Assembly (NCBI GenBank): GCA_963676565.1
Contig: OY781089.1
Span: forward strand, 480,001-544,000
Source of the DNA: Halarcobacter sp.
Lineage (GTDB): Bacteria; Campylobacterota; Campylobacteria; Campylobacterales; Arcobacteraceae
Length of the DNA: 64,000 nucleotides
Direction of reading: 5' to 3'
The notes beneath the pieces are model-generated. The model did not search any database and was not told the DNA's origin. It was given only the letters and a program-made list of their open reading frames with translations. Below, piece after piece: positions 1-9,049 of this stretch (its first letter is position 1; each line of letters opens with the position of its first letter). The position numbers were made by a program, and so were the translations under genes.

Positions 1-408
1 TCCTAACTTATGGTGTGATTTTGGTTTTGATTCTTCAACTGTTAAAATTGTATTTAATAAAAGAACCCCCTCCTTTGCCCAAGGATTTAAATCCCCATCT
101 AAGCATGAAGAATCTTTTTTTAAATCATCTTTTATCTCTTTTAAAATATTTACCATAGAAGGTGGATTTTTTATCTCTTTAGGTGTAGAAAAGGCTAAAC
201 CTTGTGCTTGCCCTTTACCATGATAAGGGTCTTGTCCTAGAATAACAACTTTTAAATCTTTTAAAGAAGATTTAGAAAAGGCATTAAATATTTTATCTTT
301 TGGAGGGAAAACGGTAGTCGTTTCATATTTTTTATCAATTTGCTCTTTTAGATTTTTAAAATAATCTTTTTCTTTTTCAATATTAATTACATCTTTCCAA
401 TTTTCCAT
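1..408 (-). CDS. ung: Uracil-DNA glycosylase, 5' part (runs off the window start)
   Basis: Manual translation from ATG at 408: MENWKDVINIEKEKDYF...VVILGQDPYHGKGQAQGLAFS...NPPSM...GVLLLNTILTV, with the family-1 UNG GQDPYH motif. Not in the ORF track because it is truncated. Confidence 0.95.
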   Translation of the reverse strand, partial: MENWKDVINIEKEKDYFKNLKEQIDKKYETTTVFPPKDKIFNAFSKSSLKDLKVVILGQDPYHGKGQAQGLAFSTPKEIKNPPSMVNILKEIKDDLKKDSSCLDGDLNPWAKEGVLLLNTILTVEESKPKSHHKLG

Positions 409-492
409 TATATCTCTTATTAAAAATTCTTTTCATTATTTGTTAATCAAACTTTCAATACTATACCATAAAATTAAATAAAGGTTAAAAAA

Positions 493-1083
493 ATGAAAGC
501 TTTTTTAATAGGACTAGGTGTAATTGTTATTGCAATTATTGCCTTAATTGCAACAAATATAAATAATGTACCAAAATTGGATGAAAATGTTAAAGCATCT
601 TGGTCTCAAGTTCAAAACCAATACAAAAGAAGAGCAGATTTAATTCCTAACCTTGTATCAACAGTAAAAGCTTATGCATCACATGAAAAATCAACTTTAA
701 CAGAAGTTACCCAAGCAAGAGCAAATGTTGGAAAAATCAACTTAACTCCTGAGATGTTATCTAACCCACAACTTTTCAAACAATTCCAACAAGCACAAGG
801 AGCCCTAAGTTCTGCCCTATCAAAACTGATGTTAGTAGTTGAGAGATATCCAGAATTGAAAGCAAACAAAAACTTTCTAGCACTTCAATCTCAACTAGAA
901 GGGACAGAAAATAGAATCTCTGTTGCAAGAAAGGATTATATAGAAGCAGTAAGACTTTATAATCTTGAACTTAGAACTTTCCCTGGTAAAATAGTTGCAG
1001 CAATAATATATCCAGAAGCACAAGTAAAGCAAACTTTTACAGCATCACCTCAAGAACAAGAAGCTCCAAAAGTAAATTTCTAA
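493..1083 (+). CDS. lemA: LemA family protein
   Basis: N-terminal TM anchor; QYKRRADLIPNLV, ERYPELKAN and LEGTENRISVAR motifs. Confidence 0.95.
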   Translation: MKAFLIGLGVIVIAIIALIATNINNVPKLDENVKASWSQVQNQYKRRADLIPNLVSTVKAYASHEKSTLTEVTQARANVGKINLTPEMLSNPQLFKQFQQAQGALSSALSKLMLVVERYPELKANKNFLALQSQLEGTENRISVARKDYIEAVRLYNLELRTFPGKIVAAIIYPEAQVKQTFTASPQEQEAPKVNF

Positions 1084-1084
1084 T

Positions 1085-1978
1085 ATGAAAAAAATAGTTT
1101 TAACAATAGTATCTTTTCTTCTTTTACAAAATATACTATTTGCAGCTCCAACTTTTCCTTCCCTTACAGGAAGAGTTGTTGATAATGCTCAAATATTATC
1201 AAAACAAGAGGAGACAAAACTATCTTCTATATTAGAAAATGAAGAAAAAAACACTTCTAATCAAATAGTAATAGTAACACTAACTTCCCTAGATGGTTAT
1301 GATATAGCAGATTATGGTTACCAATTAGGAAGATATTGGCAAATTGGCCAAAAAGATAAAAACAATGGAGTTTTACTTATCATCTCAATGGCTGAAAAAA
1401 AGCTGAGAATAGAAGTTGGATATGGTCTTGAAGGAGCACTTACAGATAAGACAGCCCATGAGATTATAGAATATGTTTTAAAACCAAAGTTTAGACAAGG
1501 TAATTTTTATGGTGGTATTAGAGATGCAACAAATGCTATTATAAAAGCTATTAAGGGTGAATATAAACCAAGTGATTATGGAGTATTAAATGAAACTTCC
1601 GAAAATTGGTTTTTCCTATTTTTTGCAATAATATTTATATCTGCTATATTAGGTGGAGCTACTAGAAAATTTAAGAATATGCAGATTAGTAAACTATTTC
1701 ATTCTAGTATGTTAGGGGGATTTGCAGGTACTTTTGCTATTGCCTTTACCCAAAGTTTATTATTTGCAGCTATTACATACTTTGTTATTGGTATTATTGT
1801 TTATTTAACTACAAAAAAAGTTTCTTATGATTCTTATTCTAGTACTCATCCCTCTTATGGTACTGGATACAATGGAGGTTTTGGTGGTTTCTCTTCAGGT
1901 GGAGGGTTTAGCAGTTCTGGTGGCTTCGGTGGAGGTGGCGGAAGTTTTGGTGGCGGTGGCGCTAGTGGAGGATGGTAA
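1085..1978 (+). CDS. TPM-domain (YgcG-like) membrane protein with Gly-rich C-terminal tail
   Basis: Signal peptide, GRVVDNA, WQIGQKDKNNGVLL, RIEVGYGLEG, tail ending GGGGSFGGGGASGGW; follows lemA. Confidence 0.92.
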   Translation: MKKIVLTIVSFLLLQNILFAAPTFPSLTGRVVDNAQILSKQEETKLSSILENEEKNTSNQIVIVTLTSLDGYDIADYGYQLGRYWQIGQKDKNNGVLLIISMAEKKLRIEVGYGLEGALTDKTAHEIIEYVLKPKFRQGNFYGGIRDATNAIIKAIKGEYKPSDYGVLNETSENWFFLFFAIIFISAILGGATRKFKNMQISKLFHSSMLGGFAGTFAIAFTQSLLFAAITYFVIGIIVYLTTKKVSYDSYSSTHPSYGTGYNGGFGGFSSGGGFSSSGGFGGGGGSFGGGGASGGW

Positions 1979-2595
1979 TGTATTTAAACGAAAATGAAAA
2001 ACAAAAAATCTCACAAGAAATTGAAAACCTTGAGAAACAAAGTTCAGCTGAACTTGTTGCAGTTATGACTAAAAAATCATCTTCATACAAGTTTGAAACC
2101 ATAGCTTTAAGCCTATTTATCACAACTATTATTTCACTTATAACATTAGTTTTTGAAAACAATAGTATAAAACTATTTGAAATACAAACACTAAGTTTTA
2201 TCTTCTTTTATTTTATTTTTGATAAATCAAATAAAGCACTTTTATCTTTACTTCCAAAATCATACAAATATGAAAAAGCATCTATTTATGCAAATAAACA
2301 ATTTGCTAATCTAGGTTTACAAAAAATAAAAACAAAGCAGGCAATTATGTTTTTTGTTAGTTTAGATGAAAAATATGTGGAAATTATTACAGATAGTGTC
2401 ATAAAAGGAAAAATTGATGACTCTTATTGGCAAAATATTGTTGATGAATTTATCAAAGATGTAAAAAATAACAATATTTCAAATGGTTATATAAAAGCTA
2501 TAAAACAATGTAATGAGATTCTGATTAAAAATTTTCCTATTCAAGAAAATGATGAAAATGAATTATCAAATGAAGTGATAGAACTAAGAAATTGA
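1972..2595 (+). CDS. Second TPM-domain membrane protein of the lemA operon
   Basis: EKQSSAELVAV, EKYVEIITD and NELSNEVI motifs; overlaps the previous stop. Confidence 0.85.
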   Translation: MVMYLNENEKQKISQEIENLEKQSSAELVAVMTKKSSSYKFETIALSLFITTIISLITLVFENNSIKLFEIQTLSFIFFYFIFDKSNKALLSLLPKSYKYEKASIYANKQFANLGLQKIKTKQAIMFFVSLDEKYVEIITDSVIKGKIDDSYWQNIVDEFIKDVKNNNISNGYIKAIKQCNEILIKNFPIQENDENELSNEVIELRN

Positions 2596-3767
2596 AACCT
2601 TATATAAAACAGATTTTATCAGCTTTTTTAATTCTATTTTCATGTTTAGGATTTGGAAGATTTGCTTTTGGTATGATTTTACCAAATCTACAAGCATCTT
2701 TAGAACTCTCAACTACCCAAGTTGGTTTTATAGGTACAGCTAATTTTATAGGATACTTCATTGGTATTTTATTTGTAAACTCTTTATATACAAAATACCC
2801 AACATATAAACTTATCTTTGCAACAATGATTTTGCAAGCTTTATTTATGGTACTTATGACAGTTTTTTCAAACTACCTACTTATCTCTTTTTTCTATTGC
2901 CTTGCAGGATTTTTAGCAAGTATTTCAAATATCTCAATTATGTCTTATTTATCAAATGAGATTCCCAAAAATATAAGGGGAAAAGCTATAGGAATAGTAG
3001 TTAGTGCAAGTGGAGTTGCAATTGTAATTTCTGGACAAATTGTTCCATATATTGAAAATATTGTTAAAATAGATGCTTGGGAAACTTCATGGATTTTATT
3101 TAGTTGTATTATGGTTATTTTTGCTTTTGTTTCACAAATTGGAATAAAAAAAGACACCACACATCATTTGAGTGAATTAAAATCAAAAGCCTTTGAATAC
3201 TTTTTTATAAGCTCCTTTTGGAAGGTTGGGATATTATATATGATATTTGGACTAACCTATGCTGTTTATGTTACATATTTTGTAAGTGCAGTTATTAGCA
3301 AATACGATTTTACTACTTCTATCTCTGGAGACTTTTGGGCTTTAGTTGGATTTTTGAGTATTTTTTCAGGTTATATATTTGGTATTCTTGCAGATAAAAC
3401 AAGCGCCTATAAAGCTTTGATTTTGGTTTTTATTTTACAAACAATTTCTAACTTTATATTAACCCTCGACTTAAACTTTATTGCTGTTTGGATATCTGCT
3501 ATTACCTTTGGAATATCTGTTTGGAGTGTACCTTCACTTATAACACTACTTACTTCTATCCACTTTGATGTGAAAAAAAATGCACAAGTTTTAGCCCTAG
3601 TAACTTTGCTTTTTGCCCTATGCCAAACAATTGCTCCTGTAGGAGCTGGTTATCTTTATGATTTGAATAAAAGTTATGATTTAGTCTTTTTAATAAGTTC
3701 CATGTTAACTTTCTTTGCTATTATTTTATCAATTATTTTTTCAAGACATATAATAAAAGAACATTAG
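2592..3767 (+). CDS. MFS transporter (YbfB/YjiJ-like)
   Basis: LGFGRFAFGMILP N-terminal motif, ANFIGY, about 12 hydrophobic segments. Confidence 0.85.
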   Translation: MKPYIKQILSAFLILFSCLGFGRFAFGMILPNLQASLELSTTQVGFIGTANFIGYFIGILFVNSLYTKYPTYKLIFATMILQALFMVLMTVFSNYLLISFFYCLAGFLASISNISIMSYLSNEIPKNIRGKAIGIVVSASGVAIVISGQIVPYIENIVKIDAWETSWILFSCIMVIFAFVSQIGIKKDTTHHLSELKSKAFEYFFISSFWKVGILYMIFGLTYAVYVTYFVSAVISKYDFTTSISGDFWALVGFLSIFSGYIFGILADKTSAYKALILVFILQTISNFILTLDLNFIAVWISAITFGISVWSVPSLITLLTSIHFDVKKNAQVLALVTLLFALCQTIAPVGAGYLYDLNKSYDLVFLISSMLTFFAIILSIIFSRHIIKEH

Positions 3768-3774
3768 GATTTAT

Positions 3775-4428
3775 ATGAAAAACAAAGCTATTATATTTGA
3801 TTTAGATGGAACACTTATAGATTCTCTAAGTGATATAGCAATAAGTGCTAATTTAGTATTAGAAGAGTTTAATCTACCTGGACATGATATCTCTGAATAT
3901 AAAAATTTTGTTGGAGGAGGAGCATCTGTATTAGTTAATAACTGTGTTCCCAAAAATAGCAATGAAGATTTAAAAGAAAAAATATTAAATAGATTTAAAG
4001 AGGTATATGATCAAGAGCATCATCTAAACACAAAACCATATGATGGTATAAATGAAGTTTTAGAACAACTTACAAAACAAAATATCAAAATTGGAATACT
4101 TTCAAATAAACCCCATTATTTTACATGCAAATATGTTGAAGAATTTTTTAGTGATTATAATTTCTTAGAGGTTCACGGACAAAAAGAAAATATTCCTAAA
4201 AAACCTGACCCAATGGTTGCACTTGAAATAGCAAAATCTTTTAATATTAACCCTGAAAACATATTCTTTATTGGAGATAGTGATGTTGATATAAAAACTG
4301 CTATTAATTCAAAGATGATTCCCGTTGGTGTAAGATGGGGATTTAGAGGGCCTAGAGAGTTAATAGATAATGGAGCAAAATATATTGTTGATACACCACA
4401 AGATATTTTAAAGCTTTTTGAGAAGTAA
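3775..4428 (+). CDS. HAD-family hydrolase (phosphoglycolate phosphatase-like)
   Basis: DLDGTL motif I, LSNK, KKPDP, IGDSDVD. Confidence 0.9.
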   Translation: MKNKAIIFDLDGTLIDSLSDIAISANLVLEEFNLPGHDISEYKNFVGGGASVLVNNCVPKNSNEDLKEKILNRFKEVYDQEHHLNTKPYDGINEVLEQLTKQNIKIGILSNKPHYFTCKYVEEFFSDYNFLEVHGQKENIPKKPDPMVALEIAKSFNINPENIFFIGDSDVDIKTAINSKMIPVGVRWGFRGPRELIDNGAKYIVDTPQDILKLFEK

Positions 4429-4446
4429 GCTATAAAGCTTACTTCT
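4421..4446. terminator. Hairpin between convergent genes (likely bidirectional terminator)
   Basis: agaagtaagct-ataa-agcttacttct, perfect 11-bp stem. Confidence 0.7.
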
Positions 4447-5261
4447 TATTCAGGTTTTTTATATCCTAGTTTTGACATGATATCCATTGGACTCATGTCG
4501 TATTTTTCGGCAACTTGTTTAAATTTATCATCACTATTAGCTTCTACTCCCAAAGTTTTTAATTTTGAGATAAACTCATTTGTAGAAAGTTTTAAAGTCT
4601 GTGCAACCTCTTTTACAGTTTTTTTCCCAAGACCTGTTAGTTCAATAATCTCTTGTCCATTTTTTTCAAAATTAACTTTTAAAAGATTATAAATAAATTG
4701 AGGACTAACTGAGTTATCATGAGCTATTTGTGATAAACTCTGACTTGAGTCAAAAGTAATATTATTTGCTTTTAATATCTCTTCACTTTTTGTAATATCA
4801 AAGCCTAGTTTTTTAGAAAAACTTTTTAAAGACGATAACTCTGCATGTGAATAAGGTGCTGTTCCATAATCTTTTTCCCAAGAGTTTTTAATATCATCTC
4901 CAAACTCTATAAAAGAAGAAAAAGGGACGAAACCATTTAAAGTACCAATTAGAAAAACAAAAGTTAATAAAACAGCAACAAGCATATCTTTTGTAAATAC
5001 TACCATCTGTTTTGCTTTATTTTTCATATAACTTGTTATTGGCTTCCAGTTATAAAAAAGATGTAAAATTGTCATAAATACAATTAAAACCATAAAGGTT
5101 GTATGTACTTGAGCATATTGTTCTTTAGAAAGTCCAATAATTTCCCAATTTGCCCAATTTGCAATTCTCCCTGGAGGTGCAATAAATAACATAACTCCAG
5201 TATAAGTCATTACAACAATTGAAAGTAACATTGTAAGTGAAGTTATTTTTTTGAGATTCAT
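4446..5261 (-). CDS. DUF4405-like membrane protein (putative haem b-binding N-terminus) with soluble C-terminal region
   Basis: TGVMLFIAPPG, QVHTTF and LHLFYNWK His-bearing TM helices. Confidence 0.7.
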   Translation of the reverse strand: MNLKKITSLTMLLSIVVMTYTGVMLFIAPPGRIANWANWEIIGLSKEQYAQVHTTFMVLIVFMTILHLFYNWKPITSYMKNKAKQMVVFTKDMLVAVLLTFVFLIGTLNGFVPFSSFIEFGDDIKNSWEKDYGTAPYSHAELSSLKSFSKKLGFDITKSEEILKANNITFDSSQSLSQIAHDNSVSPQFIYNLLKVNFEKNGQEIIELTGLGKKTVKEVAQTLKLSTNEFISKLKTLGVEANSDDKFKQVAEKYDMSPMDIMSKLGYKKPE

Positions 5262-5334
5262 CTTAAATCCTTTAATTAATATACTGAAATTATAAAATAT
5301 TTATTTTAACAGCTTATTAATAAGAGTGGAAAGT

Positions 5335-5358
5335 AAGATAGAGATTGATCTCTATCTT
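5335..5358. terminator. Hairpin downstream of the 5359-5736 gene
   Basis: aagatagagat-tg-atctctatctt. Confidence 0.55.
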
Positions 5359-5736
5359 TTAAACTTCTAGTTCAAAAAAACTTTCATTGATTTTTTGATA
5401 TTCAGCAATTGAACAAGTTATCTTCACTGCATTTTCATAATCTTTGAAATATTCTAAGAAAAGTTTTTTTAACTCATTTACATTTGCAGTTCTAAAAATA
5501 AAATATCCCACGATATTTTTGTTTCTAGAACCTGCTTTTTCAATACCAAAACTGTCAAATTTCCATTCAACTCCCCTAGAATAGAAAAAAACTTCTTCTA
5601 ATCTTTTTTCTAATTCTTCTCTTACAGTATTAGTGTATTCTTTAAGATGAACATAAAAAGCGACATTTACATTATATTTTTCTTGTGTAAGTTTTTTTTC
5701 ATATGTTGTTTTTGGTTCTTCTATTTTATTATCCAT
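5359..5736 (-). CDS. Hypothetical protein (125 aa)
   Basis: ORF with a GAGGGA SD-like element upstream; no family recognised. Confidence 0.7.
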   Translation of the reverse strand: MDNKIEEPKTTYEKKLTQEKYNVNVAFYVHLKEYTNTVREELEKRLEEVFFYSRGVEWKFDSFGIEKAGSRNKNIVGYFIFRTANVNELKKLFLEYFKDYENAVKITCSIAEYQKINESFFELEV

Positions 5737-5799
5737 ATCTTTCCCTCAATAAAATTCTTTCGTAATTATAGTAAATAAGATTAAAGGCTAACTAAAATA

Positions 5800-6852
5800 C
5801 TACATAATATTTTTTTTTGCCCTTAATCTTAACATTTTTCTTCTAGCTACCTTTCTCATATCAACATGGGAATCTAGTTCATCTACAATTTCACGTCCAA
5901 GTAGAGTTTCAACTGCATCTTCTAGGGTAACAATCCCTTCTGTTTGTCCATAATTATCGACAACTAAATACATATGCTCTTTACTTTCTATAAACATATC
6001 AATCAGTTTTGATACAGGAACATTTTCGTTAACATGTAAAATTGGTTTTACAAGAGTTAATTTATTTTCAAGTTCATCGCTAATCTTTTCATAAAAATAC
6101 TCCTTAGAGATAATTAATCCCACCATATCATCTATATTGTTTCTAAATATAGGAATTCTCGAATACTCTTTTAACTTTTTTAAATCAATGGAATTATTTT
6201 TAAGAGAATCAAAACTTGATAAATAATCATTTTCTTGAATAGAATAAACTACACTTCTTGGAGTTAAAATATCTTTGACTCTAATATCATGAAGTTGTAA
6301 AACATTTTCAATTATTCCACTGTCTTCACTTCTAATAATGCCATTTTCATCGGCTATTTTTGCAGTTGCTATAATCTCTTCTTTTGTAATAACATTCTTT
6401 TTTGAATCAGCAAGAAGTACAGTAATTTTTTTCATAACTATAATAATCGGATAGGTAATATAAACTAAAACTTTTATAACCCTTGTACTAAAACCAGCTA
6501 AATTCTTCCAATAATAAGCCCCTAGAGTCTTTGGAATAATCTCTGAAAATACTAAAATCAATATAGTTAAAACAGCTGAAATATAAAACATATACTCTTC
6601 ACCAAATATTTTGGCAGCTTCTGCACCAACACCTGCTGCACCTAAGGTATGAGCAAAGGTGTTTAAAGTTAAAATTGCCGCAATAGAGAAATCAATATCA
6701 TCTTTTTGTTTCTCCATTAACAATCCAAGTTTTTTGTTTTTTTGTTTTACCAATTCAATATGGGAAGCACTTATTGATAATAAAACTGCTTCAAGTATAG
6801 AACATAAAAAAGATACCCCAATAGCAATTGAAAAATATATAATTAATAACAT
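5800..6852 (-). CDS. CNNM/CBS-domain protein (CorC/HlyC-like Mg2+/Co2+ transporter)
   Basis: SFLCSILEAVLLS, FSEIIPKTLG, YSRIPI, VVDNYG..GIVTLED. Confidence 0.92.
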   Translation of the reverse strand: MLLIIYFSIAIGVSFLCSILEAVLLSISASHIELVKQKNKKLGLLMEKQKDDIDFSIAAILTLNTFAHTLGAAGVGAEAAKIFGEEYMFYISAVLTILILVFSEIIPKTLGAYYWKNLAGFSTRVIKVLVYITYPIIIVMKKITVLLADSKKNVITKEEIIATAKIADENGIIRSEDSGIIENVLQLHDIRVKDILTPRSVVYSIQENDYLSSFDSLKNNSIDLKKLKEYSRIPIFRNNIDDMVGLIISKEYFYEKISDELENKLTLVKPILHVNENVPVSKLIDMFIESKEHMYLVVDNYGQTEGIVTLEDAVETLLGREIVDELDSHVDMRKVARRKMLRLRAKKNIM

Positions 6853-6917
6853 ATGAAAATCCTAAAAAATTTTCTTATTATAATAAAAACAGTTTAAAAC
6901 ATAAGGTTTTTAAAAGG

Positions 6918-6944
6918 TTGCATATGCAATAATTGCATACGCAA
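6918..6944. promoter_or_regulatory. Tandem palindromic operator TTGCATATGCAA / TTGCATACGCAA, likely MarR autoregulatory site
   Basis: Two 12-bp palindromes directly before the SD of the MarR gene; near-identical pair at 16584-16610. Confidence 0.75.
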
Positions 6945-6957
6945 CTAAAGGAGATTT

Positions 6958-7374
6958 ATGAAGTATGCATTAAAAGATTCAATTGCTTATAGATTAATAA
7001 GAAGTTCAAATAATGTTGTTTATACATTAAACAAAGCATTACTACCTTATGAAATTGCGACTGAACAAAGGGCAACTTTAGAGATTATAAAATTTGAGCC
7101 TGATGTAAACCAGACAAAAATTGCAAAACTCCTTGGTAAAGATAAAGCAACAATAAGTCGCTCATTAAGTTCACTTGAAAAAAAAGAACTTATAACTAGA
7201 GTAAATGATGCTAATAATAAAAGATCTAACAAAATATCACTTACAAAAAAAGGTGAAGAGATTCTTGAGTCAACAATATCTTCAGTTACCTCATTTAGAG
7301 AAGAATTAAGATCTAAAATTAGCGAACAAGAGCATGAAATGTTTCTTAACATTTTAGACAAGCTTGAATTATAG
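6958..7374 (+). CDS. MarR-family transcriptional regulator
   Basis: KDKATISRSLSSLEKKELI, NKRSNKISLTKKG winged-helix motifs. Confidence 0.93.
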   Translation: MKYALKDSIAYRLIRSSNNVVYTLNKALLPYEIATEQRATLEIIKFEPDVNQTKIAKLLGKDKATISRSLSSLEKKELITRVNDANNKRSNKISLTKKGEEILESTISSVTSFREELRSKISEQEHEMFLNILDKLEL

Positions 7375-7386
7375 GAAGGATAAACT

Positions 7387-7635
7387 ATGAATAGATACGT
7401 AAATGTTTCAAACGAATTGTATGAAGTTTTTGAAGATGCTGCTGTTAAGCATGAAGAGTGTGATATTGTCTATAAAGATAATAAAAAAGAAAAAGAGTTA
7501 CATAGTAAAGTAGTAGATATAAAAAATGTTAATCTACAAGAGTTTATTGAAATGGAAGATGGAACAGTAATTAGACTTGATAAAATTGTTGAGTTTAATG
7601 GAAGCCAAACAAAAGCTCTTAATAGATATCTTTAG
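7387..7635 (+). CDS. Rof/YaeO-like Rho-binding antiterminator (Sm-like small protein)
   Basis: 82 aa; YEVFEDAA, VVDI...QEFI and IRLDKI pattern resembling Rof. Confidence 0.6.
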   Translation: MNRYVNVSNELYEVFEDAAVKHEECDIVYKDNKKEKELHSKVVDIKNVNLQEFIEMEDGTVIRLDKIVEFNGSQTKALNRYL

Positions 7636-7663
7636 ATTAAAGAGGCTAACCCTCTTTAGTCTA
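7633..7663 (+). terminator. Hairpin terminator after the marR-rof pair
   Basis: tagattaaagagg-ctaac-cctctttagtcta followed by catttt. Confidence 0.6.
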
Positions 7664-7806
7664 CATTTTCAAAACTATTAGTTTCTTTTTAAAAAACTAT
7701 TAAAGAACAATCTACTAGATTATAATACCAAGCATTAATTTTTAAAGTTGATTACCTCTAATTAAATTATTGATTAGGTTCATACTTCCATATTGCAAGT
7801 CAAAAC

Positions 7807-7883
7807 TATATGAAGTAGCTTGATGACTTATTTCCTTAGGAAGGGAGGAGCGGGAAAGCTGAATGGACCAGCTACTTCATATA
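7807..7883. ncRNA. Candidate small RNA: 14-bp perfect stem enclosing a purine-rich (+) / CU-rich (-) loop
   Basis: tatatgaagtagct (7807-7820) pairs with agctacttcatata (7870-7883); TATAAT on - strand at 7887-7892 and on + strand at 7721-7726; no credible ORF. Confidence 0.55.
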
Positions 7884-7941
7884 CATATTATAGTAGTGAA
7901 AAAAGATGTAAGAAAAATGTAAAATGAAAAAATTTTATTAA

Positions 7942-8597
7942 TTAATCAAAAAAATATGGTTTTTCTTTTTTTAAGTCATCTATTTTAGAAATAGTTCTAG
8001 AAAGATGAGTTCTCATTGCCTTTTCTGCTTTTTTAAAATTTTTCTCTTTTATTGCCTCATAAATAGCTTTATGGTCTTCATAAAGTTTTTTACTTTTCCC
8101 ATTTATTGGTAGTTCTAATCTATTTGCTCTTTTTTTATGTCCATTTTTGATATTAATAAATTATTTAATTCCTCTTGACCTATTGAATTAAACATAATAG
8201 TATGAAACTCTTTATCAAGTTCATCAAACTCATTTAGTCTAGTAATATCTTCTGAAATCTCTTCTTGTTTTTTTAGATTTTTTTCAATTTTTGCAAGTGT
8301 TTTTTCATCATAGTTTTCAATCATCTCTCTTAAAACTTCAATTTCAATTGCAACTCTAAAAAAGTTACTTCTTTTAATTTCATCAATATTTATTTTGGTA
8401 ACTAAGGTTTTAGACTGAGGAAAGATTTTTACTAGTTTGTCTTGTTCTAAAAGTTGTAAAGCTTCTCTAATTGGTGTTTTGCTTATTTCTAATTGTTCTG
8501 CTAAGTCATTTCTTGAAATATAAGTACCAGGTGGCAACTCTAAATTAAGTATCCTTCTTAAAATTTCATTATAAGCTTTTTGAGTTGCATTTAACAT
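7942..8597 (-). pseudogene. GntR-family (FCD) regulator split by a one-base deletion near 8130-8148
   Basis: HTH ISKTPIREAL in the 8115-8597 ORF; the missing FCD C-terminus (KRANRLELP...YEDHKAIYEAIKEKNFKKAEKAMRTHL...YFFD*) continues in another frame to TAA at 7942-7944; adding one base gives about 218 aa. Confidence 0.85.
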
Positions 8598-8622
8598 CTC
8601 CTACCCTCCCACAAGTATTAAT

Positions 8623-8634
8623 CTAATATATTAG
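8623..8634. promoter_or_regulatory. Palindrome CTAATATATTAG upstream of the GntR gene, possible autoregulatory operator
   Basis: Perfect 12-bp palindrome about 25 nt before the start codon; AT-rich, so a chance match is possible. Confidence 0.4.
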
Positions 8635-8851
8635 TATATCAAACTATCAATTAATAGTTCAATCATAGAACTTCTAATACCTCTTTTATTTTTAAATCTA
8701 TTTTTATATTCTCATCTTCTAAAAACACTATGATATAGACTTTTATTAAAGGTTTTATACTTAATAAAAAGCATTTATATAAAAAGATTAATAAGATTTT
8801 ATTACTAGTATGGTATAAAAAGTGTATATAAATGAAAAATTGGAATTTAAA

Positions 8852-9040
8852 ATGAGTATAGAACAAAGATTTTTACAAAAAGCTATAGAGGATAGAAACC
8901 TTATCAGCTTTTCATATGAAGGTAAATCATACAAAGAAGTTAGACCTTTGATAATGAGTGATGAAAAAATCACTTGCAATGTAGGAAATTTTGAGATTAG
9001 GAAGATAAAAAAACTTACTGTTTTAAAGGAAAGGTTTTAA
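8852..9040 (+). CDS. Small hypothetical protein resembling a minimal WYL/Sm-like domain (62 aa)
   Basis: LQKAIEDRNLISFSY...VRP...FEIRKIKKLTVLKERF follows the WYL pattern; ATG 8852 preferred over GTG 8822. Confidence 0.55.
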   Translation: MSIEQRFLQKAIEDRNLISFSYEGKSYKEVRPLIMSDEKITCNVGNFEIRKIKKLTVLKERF

Positions 9041-9049
9041 TCTATTTCC

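Noticed and set aside
1860..1975. GGN-rich, high-GC repetitive stretch
   Set aside because: It encodes the Gly/Ser-rich tail normal for TPM proteins; not an independent DNA repeat.
7807..7883. Possible SRP RNA, tRNA or riboswitch identity for the hairpin
   Set aside because: No SRP domain IV (CAGG..GAA..AGCA) pattern, cloverleaf or recognisable aptamer consensus; left as an unclassified sRNA candidate.
8663..8979. Minus-strand ORFs 8663-8866 and 8788-8979
   Set aside because: Low-complexity AT-rich translations with no motif; they overlap the better-supported + strand ORF and its promoter region.
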